From Phycisphaerae bacterium (GTDB lineage Bacteria > Planctomycetota > Phycisphaerae > Tepidisphaerales > Tepidisphaeraceae): a stretch of DNA of 59,641 nucleotides. The DNA lies in the NCBI GenBank assembly GCA_014379105.1, contig JACMML010000038.1, forward strand, positions 1-59,641, read 5' to 3'. A program made the position numbers and the translations under genes. Within the stretch, counting starts at the first letter, position 1; each line of letters begins with the position of its first letter. Shown piece by piece: positions 8,397-18,208 of this stretch. Under the pieces are notes generated by a model. That model saw only the letters and a program-made list of their open reading frames with translations. It had not been told where the DNA came from and did no database searches.

Positions 8397-11201
8397 ATGC
8401 AATCTACGGAGACGGTCCACGATGTTTTGCGGCACGAGCGTCAGCCGCTGGATTCAATCTTTGCGCCAACGAGCGTCGCGCTGATCGGCGCAACGGAGAC
8501 CGCAAACTCTGTCGGCCGCACGCTGTTGTGGAATCTGATGTCCAACCCGTTTGGCGGGACGATCTATCCGGTGAATCCCAAGCGGTCTTCGGTGCTGGGG
8601 ATCCCGGCGTATGCGAGCATCAAGGATGTCCCTCAGCAGGTGGACCTGGCGGTGATCGTCACGCCGGCGGCGGCGGTTCCGGGGATTGTCGGACAGTGCG
8701 CGGATGCGGGCGTGAAGGGCGCGATCGTCATCAGCGCGGGATTTAAGGAACAGGGCGCTCCCGGCGCGGCGCTGGAGACGCAATTGCTCGCCGAGGCGCG
8801 GCGCGGGCGGATGCGGATCATCGGGCCCAATTGCCTGGGCGTGATGAACCCGCTGAGCGGGCTCAACGCGACCTTCGCCAAGGGAATGGCCAAGCCCGGG
8901 CGCGTGGCGTTCATCTCGCAATCGGGCGCGCTCTGCACGGCCGTGCTGGACTGGAGCCTGCGCGAGCGCGTGGGGTTCAGCGCGTTTGTCTCGATCGGAT
9001 CGATGCTGGATATCGGCTGGGGCGATCTGATCGACTACCTCGGCAACGACCCGCGCACACAGGCGATCCTGATCTACATGGAATCCATCGGCGACGCGCG
9101 CGGCTTCCTCAGCGCGGCGCGCGAGGTGGCGCTGAACAAGCCGATCATCGTCATCAAGCCCGGCCGCAGCGAAGCGGCGGCGCGGGCGGCGGCGAGCCAT
9201 ACGGGTGCGATGACCGGCTCGGACGAAGTGCTCGACGCCGCGTTCAAACGCGTGGGCGTGCTGCGCGTAAATAACATCGCCGAGCTGTTTTACATGGCCG
9301 AGGTATTGAACAAGCAACCGAGGCCGCGCGGCAACCGGCTTACAATCGTCACCAACGCCGGCGGCCCGGGCGTACTTGCGACCGACGCGCTGATCGGCAA
9401 TGGCGGTGCGCTGACGTCGCTGAGCCAGCAGACGGTGCAGCAGCTCAACTCTTTTCTGCCGCCAGCGTGGAGCCATAATAATCCGATCGACGTGCTCGGC
9501 GACGCCGGCGCCGATCGATACGCCAAAACCTTGGAAATTGCCGCCAAAGACGAAAATTCTGACGGGCTGCTTGTCGTCCTCACCCCGCAGGACATGACCG
9601 AATCGACCAAGACCGCCGACCTGCTCAAGCAGTATGCGCAGATCGACGGCAAGCCGGTGCTGGCGAGCTGGATGGGCGGCACGGACGTCGCCGCCGGCGA
9701 GGCGATCCTCAACGCGGCTGGCATTCCCACATTTCCCTATCCCGACACCGCGGCCCGCATGTTCTGCCATATGCACAAGTACGCCAAGAATCTGCGACTG
9801 CTCTATGAGACGCCGTCGATGGATAGCGAGATTGAGCCTGACGACGCGTTGGCGGCGGCGATCATCAACACCGCGCTCTCGGCCGGGCGAACGCTGCTGG
9901 ATGAATACGAATCGAAGCGCCTGCTCACGGCGTACGGCATTCAGGTGGCGCCGACGTTTGTTGCCGCAACCCCCGATGACGCCGTAGCGCGGGCGGCGGA
10001 AGTCGGCTACCCGTGCGTTCTCAAGCTTCATTCGCACATCGTCACGCATAAGACCGATGTCGGCGGAGTGAAACTGAATCTGCAGAGCGCCGACGAAGTG
10101 CGCATGGCGTTTGACGTGATCAAAGCGAATGTTGCCCGAGCGCATCCCTCTTCACTTGAAGCGGCCAACGGGACCGCTCGCCTGGAATCCGACGATGTGC
10201 TGCTTCGGTCTGCTCTCCCACACGGGGAGATGGGGGAAGTATTTCTCGGCGTCACAGTGCAGCCGATGGTGAAAATGGCCGACGCGTATGAGCTGATTCT
10301 TGGCAGCTCGATCGATCCGCAATTCGGGCCGGTGCTGCTGTTCGGCATGGGCGGGCAGTTGGTTGAGGTTTTCAAGGATCGATCGCTCGGATTACCCCCG
10401 CTCAATGCAACGCTGGCGAAGCGAATGATGGAGCAGACGCGGATCTACACAGCGCTGCAAGGCGTGCGCGGACGCCCGCCGGTGAACATCGAGCAACTGG
10501 CAAGCATCCTCGTGCGCTTCAGCCGGCTGGTGACGTGTCAGCCGCGGATCGCGGAACTGGACATCAACCCGCTGCTGGTCTCGCACCGGGGCATGATCGC
10601 GCTGGACGCGCGCGTCGTTCTCCACCCGCCCGCCGTCACGGATGCGGCGCTGCCGCGGACGGCGATTCGTCCGTATCCGTCGCAGTACGTCACACCGCTT
10701 CGGCTTAAGAACGGTCAGGACCTGACCATCCGCCCGATCCGCCCGGAAGACGAACCGCTGATGGTGAATTTCCACGAGCAGCTCAGCGAGCGATCAGTGC
10801 GATTGCGGTATTTCCACACGATGAAGCTCAGCCAGCGCACCAGCCATGGTCGGCTAACTCGTGTCTGTTTCAATGATTATGATCGCGAGCTGGCGCTGGT
10901 CGTCGAACGGATCGATGCCGACCACACGCACCATATCCTCGGCGTCGGCCGGCTAAGCCGAATGCCGGGGCTGAATGAGGCGGAATTTGCTGTCCTGATC
11001 GCCGACGCTGATCAAGGGAAAGGGATCGGCAGCGCCCTGCTCGAGCGGATCGTGGAAGTGGCCAGAAGCGAGCGGATCGGCGTGCTGCGGGCGGATATCC
11101 TCAATGATAACTTTGGAATGCAAAGGCTGTGTCAGCGCTTGGGATTCGCATTCACCCGCCAGGACGCCGACGGCACGATGATCGCCGAGTTGCGTCTATG
11201 A
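8397..11201 (+). CDS. Pat-type bifunctional acyl-CoA synthetase (ADP-forming)-like / GNAT protein acetyltransferase
   Basis: 934 aa. N-terminal CoA-binding/succinyl-CoA-synthetase-like part (VALIGATE...[10 protein letters not shown]...ISQSGAL), ATP-grasp middle (YESKRLL...GYPCVLKL), C-terminal GNAT ([11 protein letters not shown]...[10 protein letters not shown]). Confidence 0.92.
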   Translation: MQSTETVHDVLRHERQPLDSIFAPTSVALIGATETANSVGRTLLWNLMSNPFGGTIYPVNPKRSSVLGIPAYASIKDVPQQVDLAVIVTPAAAVPGIVGQCADAGVKGAIVISAGFKEQGAPGAALETQLLAEARRGRMRIIGPNCLGVMNPLSGLNATFAKGMAKPGRVAFISQSGALCTAVLDWSLRERVGFSAFVSIGSMLDIGWGDLIDYLGNDPRTQAILIYMESIGDARGFLSAAREVALNKPIIVIKPGRSEAAARAAASHTGAMTGSDEVLDAAFKRVGVLRVNNIAELFYMAEVLNKQPRPRGNRLTIVTNAGGPGVLATDALIGNGGALTSLSQQTVQQLNSFLPPAWSHNNPIDVLGDAGADRYAKTLEIAAKDENSDGLLVVLTPQDMTESTKTADLLKQYAQIDGKPVLASWMGGTDVAAGEAILNAAGIPTFPYPDTAARMFCHMHKYAKNLRLLYETPSMDSEIEPDDALAAAIINTALSAGRTLLDEYESKRLLTAYGIQVAPTFVAATPDDAVARAAEVGYPCVLKLHSHIVTHKTDVGGVKLNLQSADEVRMAFDVIKANVARAHPSSLEAANGTARLESDDVLLRSALPHGEMGEVFLGVTVQPMVKMADAYELILGSSIDPQFGPVLLFGMGGQLVEVFKDRSLGLPPLNATLAKRMMEQTRIYTALQGVRGRPPVNIEQLASILVRFSRLVTCQPRIAELDINPLLVSHRGMIALDARVVLHPPAVTDAALPRTAIRPYPSQYVTPLRLKNGQDLTIRPIRPEDEPLMVNFHEQLSERSVRLRYFHTMKLSQRTSHGRLTRVCFNDYDRELALVVERIDADHTHHILGVGRLSRMPGLNEAEFAVLIADADQGKGIGSALLERIVEVARSERIGVLRADILNDNFGMQRLCQRLGFAFTRQDADGTMIAELRL

Positions 11202-11404
11202 CGCTTTTCTTCTGATGCCTGGCTTCGCGGTAAGCATGGTGGCCGAGGGGGTCGGATCACACCAGGCGCTACCCGTCGCAGGATAAAATTAAGTTGTCAC
11301 CAATCGCCGAACCTCGATACATTAGTGTTCAGTGAAGATGAGTGGACGGGCCATATCCTTTTCCCGTCCTGGGTAGTAGCGCTTGCCTCAAAGGCGAGGG
11401 TCGT

Positions 11405-11893
11405 ATGGTTGAAACCACGGCTGGTTTCCCGCCGATGCCGGAGATCGGTCTCCCGGAGTCGGCGTACGCCCAGATGGCCAAGCAGGCGGAGCGCGAAGGC
11501 AACGAACACGCTCGCGCCGCGGCCAAAGTGGGGCAATACGTGACGCTCGCGATGGACCGCTCCCTCGATTGGGACCAGAAGCTCCGCTATTTCAAACATA
11601 CGCTGAGCCGCCATTGTTTCCCCCCAAGATTTGCCGGCGACAAGTGCTGGACCTTCTACCACAACCTCGCAGACGTCGTCCGCGAATACTGCGGCCGCGA
11701 GGCGCTGCGCATCGCGTCCACCGAAGATGACCTCTACGCCTCCCGGCTCGACATGGGCCAACTCCGCGAAAAGATCGAGGCCGAGGCCGAGGCATTCTTC
11801 GACAAGCTCATGGGCGGATTCACCGATTGCCCGGAACACTACGACCAGGAAGACTGGGCGCAGTTGAAGTTGATACGGGATCAATGGATTTGA
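11405..11893 (+). CDS. Hypothetical protein
   Basis: The plus-strand frame has GC-rich third positions and a GAGG 6-9 nt before ATG 11405. The ORF-track start at 11342 is an upstream extension. The overlapping minus ORF 11297-11884 looks like a shadow frame. No domain recognised. Confidence 0.6.
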   Translation: MVETTAGFPPMPEIGLPESAYAQMAKQAEREGNEHARAAAKVGQYVTLAMDRSLDWDQKLRYFKHTLSRHCFPPRFAGDKCWTFYHNLADVVREYCGREALRIASTEDDLYASRLDMGQLREKIEAEAEAFFDKLMGGFTDCPEHYDQEDWAQLKLIRDQWI

Positions 11894-12036
11894 AGGTCGG
11901 TGTTATTGCTCCAGTTCAGATCGATGCGCTGCGTATTCACATACGCCGCCAGCGCCGACGGCGCATCTGGCTCGGCCGCGCCCGTGGAGGGCAAGCGGTA
12001 GTGCCACTCTTTCTCCTCCTGCGGTATCATTCCCTC

Positions 12037-12486
12037 TTAGACGTTTCGCCGAATCACCGAAAACCCGCTTAGTGCTTCTGGCCGTGTCGTACGCCACTGG
12101 TGCCTGAGCGACAATAATACGATCGGTATATATACAGCAGACATCAAACAGCCATAGACTAGCGCCCACTCAACGTGGTGCAGTAGTCTCTTGCTGGATT
12201 TAAGAATGATGTTCAGTGACGGACTTTGCAAAATATTATTTGCGAGAACTGCACTAATATTAATTACTAGAATAACGACTACCAAAATACAGCCTCTACT
12301 AATTGGCCTCGAAAAGTAGCTTGTCAAGAAAGAGATTGTCACGACTTCCGCTAACAAAGTACCAATGCAGAAGACAACTATCTGAAGAATTTCGAGCAGT
12401 GAGGCACCCATAGCAGCCGCACCCAGGGCCACCAAAGGCGCTAGACACAAGCAAGCGAAAAATGCGCGCGCGATAGATGAATACAT
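12037..12486 (-). CDS. Hypothetical 4-TM membrane protein (AT-rich gene)
   Basis: 149 aa with four hydrophobic segments. Starts 17 nt downstream of the giant secreted-protein gene on the same strand. Hand counts of 12181-12240 and 12241-12300 are 21/60 G+C each. Confidence 0.6.
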   Translation of the reverse strand: MYSSIARAFFACLCLAPLVALGAAAMGASLLEILQIVVFCIGTLLAEVVTISFLTSYFSRPISRGCILVVVILVINISAVLANNILQSPSLNIILKSSKRLLHHVEWALVYGCLMSAVYIPIVLLSLRHQWRTTRPEALSGFSVIRRNV

Positions 12487-12503
12487 CGGATGCCACGAGA
12501 CTC

Positions 12504-15500
12504 TTAAAAAATTGTTCCGGATGCCGAGACTCCGAATTCTTCAGGGGGCCCAAGACTCAACGGAGTTTGGTCAGCACTGTCGTGCTGATAGATTAGTTCA
12601 TGATAGAGATAAACTTCATAACAAGGGAAACCATCATGCGCACCTTCAATCCACCAATTAAGATATCCGTCAGCGTTGACTTGAATAGTCAATACAAGGT
12701 CATAATTGATTGCCGGAGCAGCAACTGCTAATGGATTTCCAGCTTCCCCAACTATTGTAATCTCGATAGTTCTACTATCAATCGATCTGGTAGACATCGT
12801 CATGCCGCCCGTGCCCGCTTGGCCCACATCCACTTTCAAGACGTCATCGTCCAGAATATCGTCGTCCATTGCTGCTTGGCTGATGGTGACCCAGGGGTCA
12901 AAAATTGGCAAACCGCTATGACCAACCGTTGACGTCGAAGCATTGTATCTGACTGAAATACCAGTCTGCGCGCTTATTGAAGATGGTACCAAGAGCAAAT
13001 TGCCTGCGCTTGGTTCATTAGGGTCTACAACAAACTCGAGATCGGCGATTTGCCGGGTTTTAAAACGCGTGTTTTCTTCATCGAACTCAGCCGGGCCGTT
13101 CCCCGTCAATCCGCCGCGTCCATCGCCTTGGAAAATGCTGTCAAATCGCCCGGGGTCCTCAACCAAATACTGCTTTATGAATGTCGAAATCTGAAGACGG
13201 ACAGGCTGATCATATATGAACCCCAACGCTTTTTTCTGACCTATGAGATAATCTTCAGAGGGCTGGACCTGCACAGCTAGGTTCTCCATTCCCTCTAGCT
13301 TTCTATCGACTGCAACTCCGATCTCGATATGTCTCGTCGTTTCGCCGGCTTCAAAGCTCACTGTAGTCGGCGGCGCTATCTTTAAGTCGTTTCCGCTGGC
13401 AGTACTGGGCGCGACAAACCATTCTAATGGGGCCACTAATGGGAACCTCTCTGCACCATACATATTCCTGGTAACCGTGTAGACAAGTTTCTGAGTGTCC
13501 CCCTCCATAACCTCGGACCCGTCAAGAACCGAAACACTTGGCATGATCGTGCTCAGCCAGAATGACTGAATCCACCAAGCGTGGCTTGCCCTGCTGTAGT
13601 TCGCGCCGGTTATGGTGAGTGTCAGCGTGTCGTCGGTGTGCGGGATGATGTTCTCGCCTTCCACAGGGCTCCAAGATTCGTAGAACAAAGGTCTGTTCCA
13701 GCCCGGTTCGGAGAAGCTGCCTTCCATCGGCACCTCCGTGCCGTCCACCTTTATGGCCAGTTGCCCGTGGGACGCGCCTTCGGGGCGCACATAGCTGTCT
13801 TCGTCGGCATTGAGAAGCAGGCCCAGGTCGATGTATCGGTGCGTTTTCAATCCGGTGAATATGATCGTCACGGTCTCGTCGTGCAGTTCGGCGGTCTTGT
13901 AGTATTCGACCGTCTGGCCATTCGGGTAAGTCGTGTCCTCCATTGGCGTCCAGTCCACACTGATGTACGGCGGCGTCAGCTCGGGGTGATCGAGACCAAA
14001 TACGCCGATGCGGCCAGCTTGCACGCCCGTTGTGAAATTCGCCGACTGCGATGGACCGCCTCCGCTCCCACCTCCTCCGCCGCCCGCGTCCGGATCAAGC
14101 GGAATCAGTTCAAACTCATACTCCGTCTCCGACTCAAGTCCGCCGAGATCGAATGATCCGCTGCCATCGCCGTTCGCGCCGATCGTCACCGTTACCCACT
14201 CGCCGAACGTGCCGTCGCCGTTGACGACCCTGTACCGCAGTGAGTATCCGGATTCGTCGCTCGCGTTGTCCGTCCACGTCAGGCGGACGGTGTTGCCGTC
14301 GATCGATTCGATGTTCAATTCCTCCGCCGCCGGCAAATCACCGTGGCCCCAGGCGGGCGTGGTCACCACCGCGCTGGCGCGGAACAGCGAATCACGCTCA
14401 CCGACGGCCTTGATGCGGAACTGATAATCCGTCTGGGCCGTCAGGCCGGTGACGCGATAGCTCTGCGTGTTCGCCGGCGTCGTCGCCAGCGGCAGCCATT
14501 CCTCGTTGATGAAGTCGTACGATTCGATCACGTAGCCCGCCTCATACGGGTTGGGATCGGTCCAGTTTAGATCGATCGTCGACCAATTGACGATCTCGGG
14601 ATACAGACCCACAGGCCGCTTCAATATCGCTAGCGCGCTGGACGTGTTGGACGGAGCCGAATCCCCCATCGCGTTGCGCGCTATCACCCGGTAGTAATAC
14701 GTCTTTCCCCCGGCGGCGGTGTTGTCGTAAAACGTCGTCACGCCCGCCGCCACGGTCGCGATCTCCGCGAAGCTCGATCCATTCTCGCCGCGCAGGACCA
14801 CAAAGCCCGTCTCGTTATTCGAGTTGTCGGTCCAGGTCAGATCGATCCGCTGCGTATTCAAATACGCCGCCGCCGCCAGCGCAGTCGGCGCGTCCGGCTC
14901 GCCCGCCGCCGGCGGCGAGGGATATGGATAACCCGTGTGATCCGAACCGTCGTCCTCAGCGATCTGTTCAGCCCACTCAAGCTTTGTCACCGGGTGAAGC
15001 GCTTCGCGTGTACGGGAAGTGCTGATGTGCTGCTGGGTTGCGGTGCCGCTCGCGTACACCGCCGCCACGCGGAAGCGAACCTGGCCGGCGATGGGGCTGC
15101 GGAAGTCGTAGTGCGTCGCGCCGCTCACCTCGGCCACCTGCACGTAATCGCCCTCATCCATGCTGGCGAAGACGATGTACTTCGACGCCGACCCGCGCCA
15201 TGACACCCGCGCCGCGCCTTCCCACAGCGGCTGAACGTAGATGCTCGAGGGCGCCGCGTTATAGATCCCGATCGCGCCGACGAACTGCGAGGAAAAGCCG
15301 GTGTCGGCGAAAGCGTAGTCGCTGCCGTTGACGACCAGATCGATATTGAAATCACCATAGAACCAATCGTCGTGCCCGCTGCTTAATCCGGTGTCCGTCA
15401 ATGCGTAGTCCGAGCCGTTCACCCGGCCGTCGAGATTCGCATCACCGAACCACGTGTAGCTTACGATGACGGCCTTATTCGGAATATTCTTGAACGTGCC

Positions 15501-16376
15501 CATTTCGGTGATCTGCCCGCCGATCAAGCCGTTGTCCACAACGCCGAGCGTCGTACCCTGCACCGCGGTGACGAACTCGGTCTGCAGCCCAACGCCGAGC
15601 CCATCGCCGCCCAGATACGTCAGTCCGTGCCGAAGCTTGTCCACCATGTAGGTGTAGGGAGAACTCGTTGGCGTGGCGGAATAGTCGATCAGCAGCACGT
15701 TGCTGTTGACGTTGAACTTTCCGAGGCTCCCCAGATCGAACGATTTGGTGCTGACCAGGCTCGCCGGCCCGACCGCGATCTCGCCGGCGGCGCTGCCGGT
15801 GAAATTCAACGACTGGAACGCCTGCGATCCTGCGAGCACCACTTTCACCGGCGAATTGACATGCAGCGAATCCAGCACCACACCGCTCACCCGGCCATCA
15901 AACCGATACGCCTCAAAGCCCTCGATCGACGCGGTGATGCCCGATTCGGTCAGCGCGATGACACCGGCATCCACCAAACTGCCGCCGCCGTCGACAGAAC
16001 CAATGACGACCAAGTCGGCGCTGGTCGTCCCGACGATCGACAGTGTGTCGCCGGCACCCGTGCCGGCATCGACGGTTGTATTATCCACAATCGCACTGCT
16101 AATCGTGACCTTGTCATTGCCGCCCAGCGCGTTGATGACGATGGAATCCACATCGGTGCTGGGAAACAGGCTGACGATGCTGTCAGCGAGATCACTGACG
16201 ACGACCTTGTAATCCGTGCCCACACGCAGCACCGAAATCGTGTCGGCATCGCTCGTCCCGGTAACGGTCAAGAGACGAGAAGTCGAATCAAGCGAAGCGC
16301 TGAGCAATTGTCGTGTTTCCAGCGATTCGACGAGCGGACGGACGGCGCGTGCCAAGACAGATGCGGTATTTTTCAT
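12504..16376 (-). CDS. Giant secreted multi-domain protein (4x FN3, dockerin-like Ca-binding repeats, Calx-beta-like module, unknown C-terminal domain)
   Basis: Start moved to ATG 16376 (MKNTASVLARAVRPLVESLETRQLLSAS). Two dockerin-like repeats (GDANLDGRVNGSDYALTD, GDFNIDLVVNGSDYAFAD). Four FN3-like units with LTWTD/LNWTD motifs. GGGGGGSGGG linker. Calx-beta-like block (VSVLDGSEVMEGD...VSFEAGETTRHIEIGV). About 230-aa C-terminal domain ending HDGFPCYEVYLYH.... Confidence 0.85.
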   Translation of the reverse strand: MKNTASVLARAVRPLVESLETRQLLSASLDSTSRLLTVTGTSDADTISVLRVGTDYKVVVSDLADSIVSLFPSTDVDSIVINALGGNDKVTISSAIVDNTTVDAGTGAGDTLSIVGTTSADLVVIGSVDGGGSLVDAGVIALTESGITASIEGFEAYRFDGRVSGVVLDSLHVNSPVKVVLAGSQAFQSLNFTGSAAGEIAVGPASLVSTKSFDLGSLGKFNVNSNVLLIDYSATPTSSPYTYMVDKLRHGLTYLGGDGLGVGLQTEFVTAVQGTTLGVVDNGLIGGQITEMGTFKNIPNKAVIVSYTWFGDANLDGRVNGSDYALTDTGLSSGHDDWFYGDFNIDLVVNGSDYAFADTGFSSQFVGAIGIYNAAPSSIYVQPLWEGAARVSWRGSASKYIVFASMDEGDYVQVAEVSGATHYDFRSPIAGQVRFRVAAVYASGTATQQHISTSRTREALHPVTKLEWAEQIAEDDGSDHTGYPYPSPPAAGEPDAPTALAAAAYLNTQRIDLTWTDNSNNETGFVVLRGENGSSFAEIATVAAGVTTFYDNTAAGGKTYYYRVIARNAMGDSAPSNTSSALAILKRPVGLYPEIVNWSTIDLNWTDPNPYEAGYVIESYDFINEEWLPLATTPANTQSYRVTGLTAQTDYQFRIKAVGERDSLFRASAVVTTPAWGHGDLPAAEELNIESIDGNTVRLTWTDNASDESGYSLRYRVVNGDGTFGEWVTVTIGANGDGSGSFDLGGLESETEYEFELIPLDPDAGGGGGGSGGGPSQSANFTTGVQAGRIGVFGLDHPELTPPYISVDWTPMEDTTYPNGQTVEYYKTAELHDETVTIIFTGLKTHRYIDLGLLLNADEDSYVRPEGASHGQLAIKVDGTEVPMEGSFSEPGWNRPLFYESWSPVEGENIIPHTDDTLTLTITGANYSRASHAWWIQSFWLSTIMPSVSVLDGSEVMEGDTQKLVYTVTRNMYGAERFPLVAPLEWFVAPSTASGNDLKIAPPTTVSFEAGETTRHIEIGVAVDRKLEGMENLAVQVQPSEDYLIGQKKALGFIYDQPVRLQISTFIKQYLVEDPGRFDSIFQGDGRGGLTGNGPAEFDEENTRFKTRQIADLEFVVDPNEPSAGNLLLVPSSISAQTGISVRYNASTSTVGHSGLPIFDPWVTISQAAMDDDILDDDVLKVDVGQAGTGGMTMSTRSIDSRTIEITIVGEAGNPLAVAAPAINYDLVLTIQVNADGYLNWWIEGAHDGFPCYEVYLYHELIYQHDSADQTPLSLGPPEEFGVSASGTIF

Positions 16377-16573
16377 TGAAAGACCCAAAAACGGGACTGG
16401 CGAAAACGATCGCACCCCTTGTGCTCCCTCTCCTCGACCACGAATCTGGGGAAAGTTTAGCGCTCTGAAAAGCATGAGTCAAGAAAAATATCGGGTTTCT
16501 CCCGATGGCATCGTGGCTCGCTCTGGGCACCGCGCCTGCGGTTCTGATGATCACGCATCGCTCGCGTTTTCCG

Positions 16574-16762
16574 GCGCATCGGTCGCTGCGCACTGCGTTT
16601 CAGTCGCTGCGCACTCCGCATCGGTCCCTGCGCACTGCGCATCGGTCGCCGCGCACTGCGCATCGGTCGCCGCGCACTGCGCATCGGTGACCGCGTACTG
16701 CGCATCGGTCCCTGCGCACTGCGCATCGGTGATTGCGTAGTGCGCATTGGTCGTTGGTTCGC
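16574..16762. repeat. Tandem array, about 9 copies of a 21-bp unit (consensus GCGCATCGGTCGCCGCGCACT)
   Basis: Read directly: units start at 16574, 16595, 16616, 16637, 16658, 16679, 16700, 16721 and 16742. The central units are near-identical and the outer ones degenerate. Unit junctions form GCGCA-C-TGCGC palindromes. The array lies in the 656-bp gap between divergent genes. Confidence 0.9.
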
Positions 16763-17031
16763 GGTGGCGCGCGACGCGAATTGCGGTTTTGATGGCGTTG
16801 CGGCGGGATTCTATCGGACCCGCGTTAGTGGTGCCGATCATCGCGGCGGGTTGTCCGGCTTTTCGCAAATTTTTCTACTCAACAATCTAAACCGCACATC
16901 TCGCGAGGCCGATTGATTGGGTGTGTGACGGAAAATGAGCGGCGCGATTTTAAACCCGATCATGTGATCGCGGACGCACCGGCTTGCTCGGACGGGCTCG
17001 GGTCACCACTGTCTATAACGGGAGCGCTAAC

Positions 17032-17706
17032 ATGAGCGTTATGCCAATTGACAAGATCGGGAAGATTGAGTTCTGCGAGAATCATACCGCGCCTTGGACG
17101 ACCAATGCGGTCGCCATCGGCACATCCAGCGCAACGGTCACTGATTTGACCACCAAAACGACGGCGGCGCGGACGGCGTTTAACGCGCAGCAGGCGGCGC
17201 AGAACGCGGCCAAGGCGGCGACAAACACCTATAATCTCGCAGTCCGGGCGATGGCGACGGCGGCTCAGGACATCATCGAACAGGTGCGCATCAAGGCATC
17301 GACTGCCGGTGACAGCGTGTATTCATTGGCGCAAATCCCCGCGCCGGCGACACCTACTCCGATGGGCCCGCTGGGCACACCGCGCGATTTCACCTGCACG
17401 CTCGACCAGACCGGTGCATTGCAATTAAAGTGGAAGTGCACAAACCCGCGCAACGCCAGCGGAGTGCTCTATCAGATTTGGCGGCGCATCGGCTCGACCG
17501 GCGAGTTCACGTACATCGGCGGCGTGGGCGAGAAGAGTTACACGGACTTGGCCGTGCCCGCACCCATCTCGCAGGTGCAGTACCAGATCCAGGCGGCACG
17601 CTCGACGAGCGTCGGCCCGTGGGCGCTGTTCATCGTCAACTTCGGTGCTGGCAGCAACGAGACCGCATCGGTCGTCGAAGGCACACCGGCGAAACTGGCT
17701 GCGTGA
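17032..17706 (+). CDS. Hypothetical protein with Ala/Thr-rich helical N-terminal half and FN3-like C-terminal domain
   Basis: ATG 17032 is preceded by GGGAG. The C-terminal part (PRDFTCTLDQTGALQLKWKCTNP...YQIWRR...YTDLAVP...YQIQA) fits an FN3 beta-sandwich pattern. Confidence 0.65.
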   Translation: MSVMPIDKIGKIEFCENHTAPWTTNAVAIGTSSATVTDLTTKTTAARTAFNAQQAAQNAAKAATNTYNLAVRAMATAAQDIIEQVRIKASTAGDSVYSLAQIPAPATPTPMGPLGTPRDFTCTLDQTGALQLKWKCTNPRNASGVLYQIWRRIGSTGEFTYIGGVGEKSYTDLAVPAPISQVQYQIQAARSTSVGPWALFIVNFGAGSNETASVVEGTPAKLAA

Positions 17707-17714
17707 ATGGAACC

Positions 17715-17779
17715 AGTGGAGAGTGGAAAGCGAAGAGTGGCAAGAAGCCATTCCTCGCCTTCCCTCTCCACTCTCCACT
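17715..17779 (+). promoter_or_regulatory. Intercistronic hairpin (13-bp perfect stem AGTGGAGAGTGGA / TCCACTCTCCACT)
   Basis: Arms at 17715-17727 and 17767-17779 are exact reverse complements, with further imperfect pairing inward. It lies between the stop at 17706 and ATG 17803. The 16-nt word AGTGGAGAGTGGAAAG recurs at 50737-50752. Confidence 0.6.
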
Positions 17780-17802
17780 TTCAACTTTTCACAGAGGCAC
17801 CC

Positions 17803-18201
17803 ATGCCCATTCCATCCTCCGTTATCCCTTCAAAGCCGCGTGTGAGTCGCAAGCGCCCGGCTACGGTGACCACACCCGCCCCGCCGGCGCTGGCACTCGT
17901 GGCTGCGGTCTATAGCGAGGTTGATCTGACGATCACGCTGACGTTTGATCGGGCGATTGATTACACCGGATTCGACGGCACACAGATCAGCGTGTTTGAC
18001 CCGGTTGACAACAATCAGCAATACCTCGGCACGGGCGGCGTGAGTTTCATGGCTGCCGATACGATTGAAGTGCAACTGGTAAGCACCGGCGCGTACGCGG
18101 GCGACTTCATCCACCTGGACGTAACGGCGGCGACTGGAATCATCGCAACCGATGGCGGCGCGTGGGCGGGGGTTATGGATCTGGTGTTGCCGTTTCCATA
18201 A
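17803..18201 (+). CDS. Hypothetical small protein, Ig-like/beta-sandwich-like
   Basis: ATG 17803 with AGAGG upstream. 132 aa with a basic Pro-rich N-terminus and a beta-rich body (VDLTITLTFDRAIDYTGFDGTQISVFDP...). The ORF-track start at 17707 reads through the hairpin and is unlikely. Confidence 0.6.
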   Translation: MPIPSSVIPSKPRVSRKRPATVTTPAPPALALVAAVYSEVDLTITLTFDRAIDYTGFDGTQISVFDPVDNNQQYLGTGGVSFMAADTIEVQLVSTGAYAGDFIHLDVTAATGIIATDGGAWAGVMDLVLPFP

Positions 18202-18208
18202 ATACTTA

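Noticed and set aside
8454-10145. Very long antisense or alternative-frame ORFs overlapping well-supported genes. Examples: 8454-10145(-), 2919-3932(-), 24243-25196(+), 27641-29551(+), 40692-41711(+), 47643-48719(-), 48763-49815(-), 50100-51083(-), 57882-58916(+).
   Set aside because: Their translations are Arg/Ala/Gly/Pro-rich low-complexity text typical of shadow frames in GC-rich DNA. In each case the opposite or other frame encodes a protein with clear family motifs.
11297-11884. 195-aa minus-strand ORF competing with the plus-strand gene 11405-11893.
   Set aside because: The plus frame has consistently GC-rich third positions and a normal amino-acid composition. The minus frame is the mirror shadow.
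16574-16762. Possible CRISPR array.
   Set aside because: The 21-bp units are directly abutting with no unique spacers, and no cas genes are present in the window.
16551-16868. ORFs across the 21-bp array: TDAQCAA heptad peptide on the minus strand, AHCASVA and RSPRTAH repeats on the plus strand.
   Set aside because: All frames are open only because the repeat unit lacks stop codons. None has a convincing start or RBS, and third-position GC does not discriminate between frames. I treat the region as non-coding, but the heptad peptide is noted as an untested alternative in the findings.
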